Part shown: positions 1 through 9,694 of the stretch, one piece after another | Position numbering within the stretch: the first letter of the stretch is position 1 | Layout of the letters: each line of letters opens with the position of its first letter | NCBI GenBank assembly: GCA_964022095.1 | Contig: CAXHZO010000010.1 | Coordinates: 1-64,000 of the forward strand | Source of the DNA: an uncultured Arcobacteraceae bacterium | GTDB lineage: Bacteria > Campylobacterota > Campylobacteria > Campylobacterales > Arcobacteraceae | Direction: 5' to 3' | DNA length: 64,000 nt | Notes under the pieces: model-generated | The model's database searches: none | What the model was told of the DNA's origin: nothing | Seen by the model: the letters and a program-made list of their open reading frames with translations, nothing else | Program-made: the position numbers and the translations under genes

Positions 1-37
1 GTTCAAGTGCATCTGTTAAATCAAGTGTTTGATTCAT
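1..37 (-). CDS. 5' start of a gene running off the left edge (MNQTLDLTDALE...)
   Basis: ATG at 37-35 on the minus strand, preceded by an AAAGGA ribosome-binding site; only 12 codons visible. Confidence 0.5.
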   Translation of the reverse strand, partial: MNQTLDLTDALE

Positions 38-98
38 TGTTCAATCCTTTAGAATAAATTCTATCAGACTGACACAAAATTTCTAACACTCCCTCCTC

Positions 99-1982
99 TT
101 ATTTTACATAGTTGCTTTTTTTATCTTCTGTATCTAACTCTTGACCAATTTCTTGGTATCTTTTAAAGTAGTATTTTACAAATGAATTTATTTTTTCATC
201 ATTTGGCATAAAATATTTACTAGTTTTTGTAGCATATCTATTTAAAAATTGTGTAGCATCTTTTTTATCTAAATAGTGTTGAGCAAGTGCTGTGTAGTTT
301 ACCACATACCATTTTTTTAGCTCTTCATATTTTTCATCACTAATATCTATTTTAAGCTCACTATTTTCAGCATCCCATGATAAAACACCAGTATCAAATA
401 ATCCATCTAAGTGAATTAAACCCTCACAATAGTATGGTTGAACTTCATCAACTTCCATCCATCCAATAAGTCCTACACTTCTTTTTACAAGATCAATTAA
501 AACTTGCTCTTTTAAGTGTGCTTCATCGCTGTCTTGATCTAAGAAATATGAAATTAAGCCACCAGTTGTTGCTTTGAATTCTTCGATATTTTTAAAGTTT
601 CCAGTTTTATTCATAACTGATTCTGTTTCATCATCACACCATAAAATATGTCCATATTCATGACCAATAGTACTAATATCATATACTTGATGCCATGAAG
701 CAGTTTCATTAAATAAAAATTCTCTATCCTTTGTAAGTAGTTCTTGTCCAAAAATTTCTCTACTTAGGGCTAAAAATGGTTTAGCTCTACTACTTTGTAA
801 AATCTCATCAGAAAATGCAAATATTTTTTTACCTTCTTCTAATGATACAATTTCATCATTTGGCACAACTTGTGCTGAAAATAGTCCTTGAAATTCTGCT
901 CCAAAAAATATTGCAGGTCTTCCAACATAAAGTTGAACTTTGTCAAGTGATTTTAAACTAAAGTCATAAATTTTTTGATATTGTTCATTTTTTTCTGTAT
1001 TTTCATAAATCTTTTCAAATGCTGATTTGATTTTATTTACTCTATGGTCATTTTGTGCAAACTTTGGATTAGTAAGTCTAATATCCCATTCAAGGGCAAC
1101 TGCTTTTCTAAAGTGATCTTCGTAATACTCTAGTGGATGACCTATTTGAATTGGTGACTTTATTTTCATCCAAGCTCTGTCTACATCTGCCCATCTTGAA
1201 ACTAATTGCTCAGTTTTTTGTTCACTAAATGCTTTAATTAATGCTTGAATATATAGTACATAATCCCATTTTTGATTATAGATATTATCTTCAAGGTCGA
1301 TTAGTTTATCTGCAAACTCTTCAAGTGCATCAACAACGGCAGTTGTCTCTTTTTTGAAAGCATCAATATAAGCTTTTGAAGTGTATTTATCTCCATCTTT
1401 TACTAGTGCTGAGTAACATCTATCAGCTATTTGACCACCATGTCCTAAATCAAGTAATTTTTCATCTTCTAAATATTTCATTACTTTTGAATCATCGCCG
1501 TCAAATTTTGCTAATAAGTCTTTGTTTACAGTATTGATTATATGTGAAGTCCAAGATGTTTGCCATTTAGTCATAGCTAACCCAACTGAATAAACTCCAC
1601 TAAATACCGATTGGTAAAATGGAGTTAAAAGGTTATTGTCGAATATATAGTCAATTAGTTTTTTATGCTTTTCTTGCCAGTAATCTTTTATAAATTGGTA
1701 AGCTTTTTCTTGAAGTTGTATTATCTCTTTTTCATTTTTTTTCATTTTTTTTAGAACTTGTACTAGTGAATCATCTCTTAAATTAACAAGTCTAGTTACA
1801 AGTGCTAATCTTAAATCATCTTTCATCTCAAGATTTAAAGTTTTCGCAAACTCATCAATAATAGTTAGTTTGTCAAACTCTTTGTTTTCAAGATGTTTTA
1901 TTAGTTCGTTTGTTTTTGATTTCTCATCATTTAAAAAGTCATATATTTTTTGTAAATCGTTTAAAAATTGTTTATTATTCAT
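99..1982 (-). CDS. ciaB: Campylobacter invasion antigen B (CiaB) homologue with HEXXH zinc motif
   Basis: 627 aa; recognisable CiaB segments (HPLEYYEDH.RKAVALEWDIR, GLFSAQVVPNDE, STIGHEYGH, NIEEFKAT.GG). Confidence 0.85.
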   Translation of the reverse strand: MNNKQFLNDLQKIYDFLNDEKSKTNELIKHLENKEFDKLTIIDEFAKTLNLEMKDDLRLALVTRLVNLRDDSLVQVLKKMKKNEKEIIQLQEKAYQFIKDYWQEKHKKLIDYIFDNNLLTPFYQSVFSGVYSVGLAMTKWQTSWTSHIINTVNKDLLAKFDGDDSKVMKYLEDEKLLDLGHGGQIADRCYSALVKDGDKYTSKAYIDAFKKETTAVVDALEEFADKLIDLEDNIYNQKWDYVLYIQALIKAFSEQKTEQLVSRWADVDRAWMKIKSPIQIGHPLEYYEDHFRKAVALEWDIRLTNPKFAQNDHRVNKIKSAFEKIYENTEKNEQYQKIYDFSLKSLDKVQLYVGRPAIFFGAEFQGLFSAQVVPNDEIVSLEEGKKIFAFSDEILQSSRAKPFLALSREIFGQELLTKDREFLFNETASWHQVYDISTIGHEYGHILWCDDETESVMNKTGNFKNIEEFKATTGGLISYFLDQDSDEAHLKEQVLIDLVKRSVGLIGWMEVDEVQPYYCEGLIHLDGLFDTGVLSWDAENSELKIDISDEKYEELKKWYVVNYTALAQHYLDKKDATQFLNRYATKTSKYFMPNDEKINSFVKYYFKRYQEIGQELDTEDKKSNYVK

Positions 1983-2059
1983 ATTTATCCTTTTATTAAG
2001 TTAGTATTTTATCTATTTTGCACTTCTAATATATTAAAATAACACTCTTGGAGATTTAA

Positions 2060-2620
2060 ATGAAAAAAAACGATGAACAAGATAGTAAATTTAGTTTAAA
2101 ATTTATATTATCAATCTTTTTATACTTAGTATTTGAAATTTATGAAATATTAGAAAAAATATTTAATTATATACTTCTTCATATCAAATTTATTAAAACA
2201 GTTATAAAAAAAGCAAAAGATAAACTATATGCTTCATCTTTTTATCAGTGGCTTAAAATAAAAGTAGATGCAATAAATGAAAAAACATATTTAGTGATTA
2301 TTGTTTTTTTGATAGTTAGTTCAGGCCTTATGATATATGTTTTACCTTTTATAGTTTCGTCAAATCTATTAAAACTTTTGTTAGTTATTGTAGGGAAAAT
2401 TCTTTCTACTTTAAATATTATTTTAAATAGTATTGGTATTAAAAAAATATTTAAAATACCTTTTATTAGGTTGTTTAAAATGCGAATCAATAGATTAAAA
2501 AGAGCAGTTAGAAATCAAGTTTTAATTAGCAAAAATAAAATGACTGCTTTTGTTAATACTATTAAAAATAGTGCCTTTTATTTAAAAATTAAAAAAATGG
2601 CTTCTAAATATTTTGAATAA
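2060..2620 (+). CDS. Hypothetical basic membrane protein
   Basis: 186 aa ORF with GGAG RBS and 2-3 hydrophobic segments. Confidence 0.6.
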   Translation: MKKNDEQDSKFSLKFILSIFLYLVFEIYEILEKIFNYILLHIKFIKTVIKKAKDKLYASSFYQWLKIKVDAINEKTYLVIIVFLIVSSGLMIYVLPFIVSSNLLKLLLVIVGKILSTLNIILNSIGIKKIFKIPFIRLFKMRINRLKRAVRNQVLISKNKMTAFVNTIKNSAFYLKIKKMASKYFE

Positions 2621-3668
2621 ATATTTCCTAAACTTTATAAAAACAACAATCTTTTTTGTTTTTTGTTTCTTAGTGTATAAATACTGGGATGATATTGGAA
2701 TATTTTTTATTGAAAATATTTTAGTAATAGATATTAGTACTGTTTTATTAGTAGGGAAAGTAACAACTAAATCAGTTGTTGCTAAAAAGACTTTTTTAAC
2801 TATTGTAAAAAAAATTGGATATAAAAAGTTTTTTGTATCTATTGTTTGGGTTATTTTAAAAAGATTTTTTATAGAACAAGTTACAAACTATTTTAAAAAG
2901 CACTCATTTGAAAGATTTAAAAACAACTTTTTAGAAGTTCTCAAGTTAAAAGCTAGTGAGATAAAAAACACTACTTTTATGAAAAAAATTGCTGCATTTT
3001 TTTACTTTTTTCTTGGTGGAACGTTTTTTTACTATATTTTGACAACATATATTGGAAAAATTATCATAGGTCTTTTACAAAAAGTATTTTATGTATTGAT
3101 TTTGTTTGCTGGAAAGTTCTTGACACTTGTATTTGGATTATCTCTTTTTATTTTTAGTTCAGTTATACAAATATTTTTTGTAATTAAAATTATAAACTAT
3201 ATTGAAAAGTTTTGGATAGTTCAACTTTTTTATTCTTTTGTTACATATATTTTTAGAAAAACATTAAAAATAGTTGATTTTATTTTTGGAACTAAAATAC
3301 ATCTAAATTTGATTAAGTTATCAAGAAGACTAGATGAATATTTTGCTTCAATATTAGATAAAAACTTCTCAGGTTTTGAAGTGATTCAAAGAAGAAGAGA
3401 TAGGTATATAAATATAATAGAGTCAATATCAGTTCAAAGAGAAAGATTTATTCTAAAAAAAGCTGAGCGAAAGCACTCAAATATCATAAAATACTACAAT
3501 CAAACACTAAAAAAATATATAAACAATAAAAAAACTTGGAGAGAAAAAAGAAAGGAATACTATAACAAAAGAACTCAAAGATATAGTGTTTTAAAAAAGA
3601 AAGTAAAAAAAGATATTAGAAAAAATAAGCTCATCCTGCCAAATAAAAGATATAAAAAGCCATACTAA
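2613..3668 (+). CDS. Hypothetical multi-pass membrane protein with basic C-terminal tail
   Basis: 351 aa ORF, TTG start overlapping the upstream gene end, several hydrophobic segments. Confidence 0.6.
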   Translation: MNKYFLNFIKTTIFFVFCFLVYKYWDDIGIFFIENILVIDISTVLLVGKVTTKSVVAKKTFLTIVKKIGYKKFFVSIVWVILKRFFIEQVTNYFKKHSFERFKNNFLEVLKLKASEIKNTTFMKKIAAFFYFFLGGTFFYYILTTYIGKIIIGLLQKVFYVLILFAGKFLTLVFGLSLFIFSSVIQIFFVIKIINYIEKFWIVQLFYSFVTYIFRKTLKIVDFIFGTKIHLNLIKLSRRLDEYFASILDKNFSGFEVIQRRRDRYINIIESISVQRERFILKKAERKHSNIIKYYNQTLKKYINNKKTWREKRKEYYNKRTQRYSVLKKKVKKDIRKNKLILPNKRYKKPY

Positions 3669-3669
3669 A

Positions 3670-3696
3670 TTAGCACTTAAATATAAAAAGTGCTAA
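3670..3696. promoter_or_regulatory. CIRCE-like HrcA operator upstream of htpG
   Basis: TTAGCACTT-N9-AAGTGCTAA versus the CIRCE consensus TTAGCACTC-N9-GAGTGCTAA; 83 bp upstream of a heat-shock chaperone gene. Confidence 0.8.
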
Positions 3697-3779
3697 TTTT
3701 TGTAAAAACTTTAGCTTTCTTTTATAAAGTTTTGTTAAAATTATCTCAATAAAATTAAAATTTAATAGGAGAAATTAGC

Positions 3780-5693
3780 ATGGCAAAACATCAATTTCAA
3801 ACAGAAGTAGGTCAATTATTACACTTAATGACTCATTCATTATATTCAAACAAAGAAATTTTTATTAGAGAGTTAGTATCAAATGCAAGTGATGCAATTG
3901 ATAAGTTAAATTATTTAAAATTAACTGATGATAACATCAAGTCAAAACTACCTGAAGATTGGGCTGGTGAGATTAATATCGCTTTTGATGAAGAAGATAA
4001 ATCTTTAACAATCATTGATAATGGTATTGGTATGAATGAAGAAGATTTAATTGCTTCAATTGGTACTATTGCAAAATCAGGAACTAAATCATTTGTAGAG
4101 GCATTAACAGGTGATGCTAAAAAAGATTCAAACTTAATTGGTCAATTTGGTGTTGGTTTTTATTCAGTATTCATGGTTGCATCAAAAGTTGATGTAATTT
4201 CTAAAAAAGCAGGGGAAGAAACTGCATATAAATGGTCAAGTGATGGTACTGGTGAATTTGATTTAAGTCCTTGTACTAAAGAATCATCTGGAACTGTTAT
4301 TTACATCAAATTAAAAGATGAAGAAGCAGAAGAGTTTGCTAGTCAACATAGAATCAAAAATATTGTTGGAAAATACTCTAACCATATCGCATATCCAATT
4401 TTCTTAAACTACAGTGAAGAAGTAACTGAAGAGTTAAGTGAAGAAGATGAAAAAGCTGGAAAAGAAGCTAAAAAAACAGTTGAAAAAAGACATGAAAAAA
4501 TCAATGAAGCGACAGCTTTATGGACTCAACCAAAAGCAAGTCTTAAAAAAGAAGAGTATAATGATTTTTACAAATCAATCTCTCATGATTCACAAGATCC
4601 TATGCTTACTATTCATACAAAAGCAGAGGGTGTAAATGAGTATACTACACTTTTCTATATCCCAAAAACTGCACCAATGGATATGTATAGAGCTGATTTC
4701 CAACCAGGTGTTAAATTATACGTTAAAAGAGTATTTATTACTGATGATGAAAAAGAGTTATTACCAACTTACTTAAGATTTGTAAGAGGTATTATTGATT
4801 CTGAGGATTTACCATTAAATGTTTCAAGAGAGATTTTACAAGAAAACAGAGTAATGGCAAATATCAAGCAAGGTAGTGTTAAAAAGATTTTAAATGAAAT
4901 CAAAAAACTTGCAAAAGATGAAGAAAAGTATGCTGAATTTGTAGCTCAATATATAAGACCTTTAAAAGAGGGTGTTTATCAAGACTTTACAAATAAAGAG
5001 TTAATCTTAGACTTATTAAGATATAAATCAACAAAAACTGAAGATGGAAAAATGACTTCACTTGCAGCATATAAAGATGGTGCAGATACTGAACAAAAAG
5101 CTATTTACTACATCATTGGTGAAGATGAAAAAGTACTAAGAAACTCTCCATTACTTGAAGCATACAAGAAAAATGATATTGAAGTATTAATTTTAGATGA
5201 CAAAGAAATTGATGAAATTATCACTCCAGGTATTGGTTCATATCAAGAATGGGAATTCAAAGACATTACTGCTTGTGAAGCTCCAAAAGTAGAACAAACA
5301 GAAGAAGAGAAAAAAGAAGTTGAAGAGAAATTTGAAGATATCACTAAAAAAATCAAAGATATTTTAGGTGAGAGTGTAACAGACGTTAGAGTTACAAACA
5401 GACTTTCAGAATCACCATCTTGTGTTGTAAAAGATGCAGGTGATGCACAAATGGCTCAAATGGCTCAAATGATGAGAGCAATGGGACAAGAAATGCCAGA
5501 AACTGCACCAATTTTAGAGATCAATCCAGAGCATGAGATTGTAAAAAAATTAAATGGTTGTGCGGATGATGATATGATTAGTGATGTATCTTGGGTTTTA
5601 TTAGACCAAGCTAAATTATCTGAGGGAATTGATATTACAGATGCTGTATCTTTTGCTCAAAGATTATCTAGAATTACGGCAAAAGCTTTATAA
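3780..5693 (+). CDS. htpG: Molecular chaperone HtpG (Hsp90)
   Basis: SLYSNKEIFIRELVSNASDA, DNGIGM, IGQFGVGFYS, DLPLNVSRE motifs; AGGAG RBS. Confidence 0.98.
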   Translation: MAKHQFQTEVGQLLHLMTHSLYSNKEIFIRELVSNASDAIDKLNYLKLTDDNIKSKLPEDWAGEINIAFDEEDKSLTIIDNGIGMNEEDLIASIGTIAKSGTKSFVEALTGDAKKDSNLIGQFGVGFYSVFMVASKVDVISKKAGEETAYKWSSDGTGEFDLSPCTKESSGTVIYIKLKDEEAEEFASQHRIKNIVGKYSNHIAYPIFLNYSEEVTEELSEEDEKAGKEAKKTVEKRHEKINEATALWTQPKASLKKEEYNDFYKSISHDSQDPMLTIHTKAEGVNEYTTLFYIPKTAPMDMYRADFQPGVKLYVKRVFITDDEKELLPTYLRFVRGIIDSEDLPLNVSREILQENRVMANIKQGSVKKILNEIKKLAKDEEKYAEFVAQYIRPLKEGVYQDFTNKELILDLLRYKSTKTEDGKMTSLAAYKDGADTEQKAIYYIIGEDEKVLRNSPLLEAYKKNDIEVLILDDKEIDEIITPGIGSYQEWEFKDITACEAPKVEQTEEEKKEVEEKFEDITKKIKDILGESVTDVRVTNRLSESPSCVVKDAGDAQMAQMAQMMRAMGQEMPETAPILEINPEHEIVKKLNGCADDDMISDVSWVLLDQAKLSEGIDITDAVSFAQRLSRITAKAL

Positions 5694-5698
5694 TAACT

Positions 5699-5733
5699 AT
5701 CTAACACCTCTATTGGGTGTTAGATTACTTTTC
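5699..5733. terminator. Probable intrinsic terminator between convergent htpG and the next gene
   Basis: ATCTAACACC / GGTGTTAGAT 10-bp stem followed by T-rich sequence. Confidence 0.65.
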
Positions 5734-6066
5734 TTCTACTATTTCTTCGTTTTTAGTTTCTTCTACTTCTACTATTTCTTTTTCTTTTTCTTTTCTTTTT
5801 TCAGCTCTTGAAATGATTTCTAAGTAAAATGTTTCACTATTAGAACTTGCTGCTTCATCAACACTTCTAATAACTTGTGAATATGGAATTTCAGCAGGAG
5901 TATCAGAATCTTTTGCAAATTTACAATCAAAAAACCAAAAGTCTTTCTCTTCTGGTAGAGGTTTTCTTTGTTCTCTTTTTATATATTTTCTAATCTCATT
6001 TTTTATTGAGTCTACAACTCTGTCTTTATTTTTGTTTTCAACTTGAAGTTTAAAAGTTTTTTTCAA
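5725..6066 (-). CDS. DUF6172-like protein
   Basis: KKTFKL...IKNEIRKYIKRE.RK.LPE..DFW.FDCKF pattern; probable TTG start at 6066 behind AAGGA rather than the 6117 start in the track. Confidence 0.65.
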   Translation of the reverse strand: MKKTFKLQVENKNKDRVVDSIKNEIRKYIKREQRKPLPEEKDFWFFDCKFAKDSDTPAEIPYSQVIRSVDEAASSNSETFYLEIISRAEKRKEKEKEIVEVEETKNEEIVEEK

Positions 6067-6192
6067 AAAAATCCTTTTTTTTCGTATTGTATCTAAGTTT
6101 TTGATTTTTTTTTGCAAGAATTTTCTTTATTAATAAAATTATCATTTTTTTTAAATGATATTCGATATAATCTTTCCATACGAAGGTTTTTT

Positions 6193-6930
6193 ATGGATAT
6201 CTCTTTCTTACTATTATTTTCTATAATTTTATTTTGGGCATCTTTAGTTCATGGCAGTATTGGGTTTGGTTTTGGAATGATCGCAACTCCTTTAGTGGCA
6301 ATGTATTCAGATATGCAAACTACAATAACATATATGTTGCTCCCCACTATGATGGCAAATATTATTAGTATTTTAAGTGAAGGAAAATTTTTTGAAGCTT
6401 TAAAAAAATTTTGGTTTATAATTGTTCTAATGGTTATTGGTAGTGCCATAGGAACAGTTTTATTGGTGTATACAAACTCAGAACTATTTAAACTTTTACT
6501 TGCATTTATAATTATTTTATATTTATTGCAATCAGTTATTAATATTAAAGCTACATTTATAGCAAGATACCCAAAAAGCTCAACATATGGTTTAGGTATA
6601 TTTGGTGGAGTTATGTCTGGACTTACAAATGTGGTTGCACCACTTATGATTATGTATACTTTAGAATTAAAATATTCAAAAAAAGATGCAATTCAGTTAT
6701 CAAATTTATGTTTTTTGTTTACTAAAATTGGACAAATAGGGGTGTTTTTATATTATGGTGTATATACACTTAATACATTAGAAGTTTCTTTTTGGGGAAT
6801 TCTTGCTGTTTGTTTAGGAATGTTCTTAGGTGTAAAAATAAAAACTAAAATTGATACAAAACTATATGGAAAGATACTAAAGTTTTTATTATTGATAATT
6901 GCATGTTTACTTATTATTGAAACTATATAA
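6193..6930 (+). CDS. TSUP (TauE/SafE) family membrane transporter
   Basis: G.IGFGFGMIATP motif, about 8 TM segments with an internal repeat; ATG at 6193 behind AAGG. Confidence 0.8.
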   Translation: MDISFLLLFSIILFWASLVHGSIGFGFGMIATPLVAMYSDMQTTITYMLLPTMMANIISILSEGKFFEALKKFWFIIVLMVIGSAIGTVLLVYTNSELFKLLLAFIIILYLLQSVINIKATFIARYPKSSTYGLGIFGGVMSGLTNVVAPLMIMYTLELKYSKKDAIQLSNLCFLFTKIGQIGVFLYYGVYTLNTLEVSFWGILAVCLGMFLGVKIKTKIDTKLYGKILKFLLLIIACLLIIETI

Positions 6931-7030
6931 TTAATCTTTCACTTTTTTTCTATAATTTATGTATAAAATCCTTGTAATAAGAATATAAATACGTTACAAT
7001 TCTTAATATTAAATAAAAATAAGGTTTAAA

Positions 7031-7615
7031 ATGGGCTTTTTCAGTAGTTTTGCTAAAGATATTATAAAAAAAATAACAAAACTTTCACGACCCTCTTTTA
7101 GTTTAATTGAAAATGAACTAGTATTTAAAATTGATTCAGACAATTTTTATAAACATACCTTAGAAAATATAGAAATAAAAACAAGACATGATTCATATGT
7201 AGTTGATGCTTATACTTTAAATTCAGATAATTTATATATAGAGTATATACATTTATACAACGAAGTTCAATGGATAAGTTCTCCCTTACATGATTTTGTT
7301 GAACTTATGAAAAGTAATCTAAAAATAAAAAAGTTAGAAAAAATTGAAGAGTTAGAGTTTGAGCATTATTCTTTCTACACTTATGAAGTGGATGAGGAAT
7401 ATATTTTAAATTTAATTTATATTTATGAAATGGATAAAGATATATTTATTATTGATATGAAATCAAATTTATATATAAATTTAATAAAAAATTTCAAAAA
7501 TAATTATGTATTCAAATTTCAAAGAAATAGTGAACTTTCACTACCTTTGAATTTTTCTTTAGTTAAAAGTAATGCCATGAAGAATTACTTCACACTAGCT
7601 AGTTCAGAAGGCTAA
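7031..7615 (+). CDS. Hypothetical protein
   Basis: 194 aa ORF with AAGG RBS. Confidence 0.65.
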   Translation: MGFFSSFAKDIIKKITKLSRPSFSLIENELVFKIDSDNFYKHTLENIEIKTRHDSYVVDAYTLNSDNLYIEYIHLYNEVQWISSPLHDFVELMKSNLKIKKLEKIEELEFEHYSFYTYEVDEEYILNLIYIYEMDKDIFIIDMKSNLYINLIKNFKNNYVFKFQRNSELSLPLNFSLVKSNAMKNYFTLASSEG

Positions 7616-7623
7616 ACTAAAGT

Positions 7624-8439
7624 TTAGTTTCCGAATACTTTTTGTAATAACGATGTCGTTTGAGCCAATGGATTACTTCTAATTTCTGCTTCTTTTGTAG
7701 CAATCATTTTAAATAGGCCATCAATTGCTTGATTTGTAACATAATCATCAATACTCTCATCACTAGAACTAGGAATATAAGAATCAACTCCAAAGTTTTT
7801 AGCAAGTCCTGAAATAGCACTTGTATCAACTACATTTCCCACACTATTTTTATAAAATCCATTTGCCATATCATAATACTTTGCAACTTGGTTTTCTTGC
7901 ATAGTTTCTTGAATTATTGGTTTAATCATTTTCTTTAGTGAGTCAGTTGTATTTGATTTAAAATAATTAGTGGCTGCATCTTCTTTTCCAGCTAAAATCT
8001 TTTGGGCATCTTCTAAACTCATTTTTTCAATTGCACCAACTAAAATATCTGCTGTTTGAGGTGCTGCTTTTGTTGCTGCACTATTCATTGAGTTAATTAA
8101 ATTATCTGCTATTTGATCTCCTCCTGCTTTTCTTATAATTGATTCAGCTTTTGCTAAATTTCCAGGAAGAGGAATTTTAACTAGTGAGTTATTTAAATAT
8201 CCATTATTAGCACCTAGATTTGAAACTGCATAATTAACACCAACTTTTAAAGCCTCTTTTAATCCACTTGAAACTGTAGAGTTATCTAAGTTTGAATTTG
8301 TTGTGTTTGTTGTGTTTGTTGTAGTTTCTGTTGATTTATTTACAGTATCTAATACTGTTTTTGTAATACTTCCTAAGTCAAATGCAAATGTTAATGATGA
8401 TGTTAATATCAGTGAAGCAACTATTGTTGATTTTTTCAT
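7624..8439 (-). CDS. DUF4197-like exported protein
   Basis: Signal peptide; GLKEAL.VG...AV..LG..NGY, VKIPLP, AIDGLF.MIA.KE..IR.NP motifs. Confidence 0.85.
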   Translation of the reverse strand: MKKSTIVASLILTSSLTFAFDLGSITKTVLDTVNKSTETTTNTTNTTNSNLDNSTVSSGLKEALKVGVNYAVSNLGANNGYLNNSLVKIPLPGNLAKAESIIRKAGGDQIADNLINSMNSAATKAAPQTADILVGAIEKMSLEDAQKILAGKEDAATNYFKSNTTDSLKKMIKPIIQETMQENQVAKYYDMANGFYKNSVGNVVDTSAISGLAKNFGVDSYIPSSSDESIDDYVTNQAIDGLFKMIATKEAEIRSNPLAQTTSLLQKVFGN

Positions 8440-8510
8440 TTTATGTCCTAATTTAAGTTTTTGTAATTTGACTATATAATAATGTATAAATTGTGAAAAA
8501 AGGATAAAAA

Positions 8511-8951
8511 ATAGAATTATTTAACGAAATTTGTAATTTTTATTGTTATTACAAAAACAAAGGCCTTGAAGCAAAGGAAATACAAGAAGAGTGCAAAGAT
8601 AAAATAGACTCTTTTTATGAAGATATTAAAAAAGAGAATTATGATAAAGAGTTTGAAGAAAATTTTTTGATGATTTTAGGTTATACATATAGGCTTGAAG
8701 ATATTTCTCAAAGATTGTACTACACATTTCAAGAGGGGATTTTAGCTATTGATATGGAAAGAATGATGAGAAATGATGAAGGGATAAAGATAAATACTAT
8801 CGTTTATACAATGGTTTTAGAAAATATATTAGATGAATATTCATCTAATGAAATAAATGAAGATATCAAACAAAAAGCAATTACTACATATAAAAAAATA
8901 GAAGATCAAAAAGCAAAAGAAAATAAAAAATATCATATGTATCAATATTAA
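8511..8951 (+). CDS. Hypothetical protein, probably ATA-initiated, first gene of the pxp operon
   Basis: The frame of the 8667 ORF stays open 52 codons upstream to ATA at 8511, which lies 6 nt after AAGGA. Confidence 0.55.
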   Translation: MELFNEICNFYCYYKNKGLEAKEIQEECKDKIDSFYEDIKKENYDKEFEENFLMILGYTYRLEDISQRLYYTFQEGILAIDMERMMRNDEGIKINTIVYTMVLENILDEYSSNEINEDIKQKAITTYKKIEDQKAKENKKYHMYQY

Positions 8952-8962
8952 ATGGAGTTTTT

Positions 8963-9694
8963 ATGATTAGATTAAATTGTGACATGGGTGAGAGTTTTGG
9001 TGTTTGGAAAATGGGAGCAGATGAGCAAATAATGCCATATATTGATATGGCTAATCTTGCTTGTGGTTTTCATGCAAGTGATGCTGTTACTATGAATAGA
9101 TCTGTACAGTTAGCTAAAACACATAATGTAACTATTGGTGCACATCCTTCATATCAAGATTTAGTTGGCTTTGGAAGAAGAAGTATGCAGTGTACTTTAG
9201 AAGAAATAAAGTCTATTGTTTTATATCAATTAGGTGCTATTAGTGCTTTTTGTAAATCTCATCATGTTCCTATTGCTTATGTAAAGCCCCATGGAGCTTT
9301 ATATAATGATATGATGAAAGATGAAAATATTTATAAAGCAATTTTAAGTGCAATTTCTTCTTTTGATAAAAATATAAGATTAATGATCTTATCAACTCCT
9401 AAGAATGAAGAGTATGAACATACTGCAAAAATGTATGCAATAGATTTGATATATGAAGTATTTGCAGATAGAAACTATAATGACGATGGAACACTAGTAT
9501 CAAGAACCAATCCAAATGCAGTGATTCATGATGAATTAGAACTTGTATCAAGACTAGTAAACCTAAAAGAGAAAAATTTTATTCAAAGTATAAATGGAGT
9601 AAAACTATTTTTAAAAGCAGATACAATCTGTGTTCATGGTGATAATGAAAATGCAGTAAACTTCATTCAGTTGATCAAAAAAGCACTTATTTAA
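8963..9694 (+). CDS. pxpA: 5-oxoprolinase subunit A (LamB/YcsF)
   Basis: LNCDMGESFG, ANLACGFHA, GAHPSY.D..GFGRR, YVKPHGALYN, TICVHGD. Confidence 0.93.
   Translation: MIRLNCDMGESFGVWKMGADEQIMPYIDMANLACGFHASDAVTMNRSVQLAKTHNVTIGAHPSYQDLVGFGRRSMQCTLEEIKSIVLYQLGAISAFCKSHHVPIAYVKPHGALYNDMMKDENIYKAILSAISSFDKNIRLMILSTPKNEEYEHTAKMYAIDLIYEVFADRNYNDDGTLVSRTNPNAVIHDELELVSRLVNLKEKNFIQSINGVKLFLKADTICVHGDNENAVNFIQLIKKALI

Noticed and set aside
5451-5471. ATGGCTCAA tandem duplication in htpG
   Set aside because: In-frame 9-bp repeat in the Met/Gln-rich C-terminal loop; no sign of phase variation
8298-8323. (TTTGTTGTG)n short tandem repeat
   Set aside because: In-frame low-complexity Thr/Asn linker of the DUF4197-like protein
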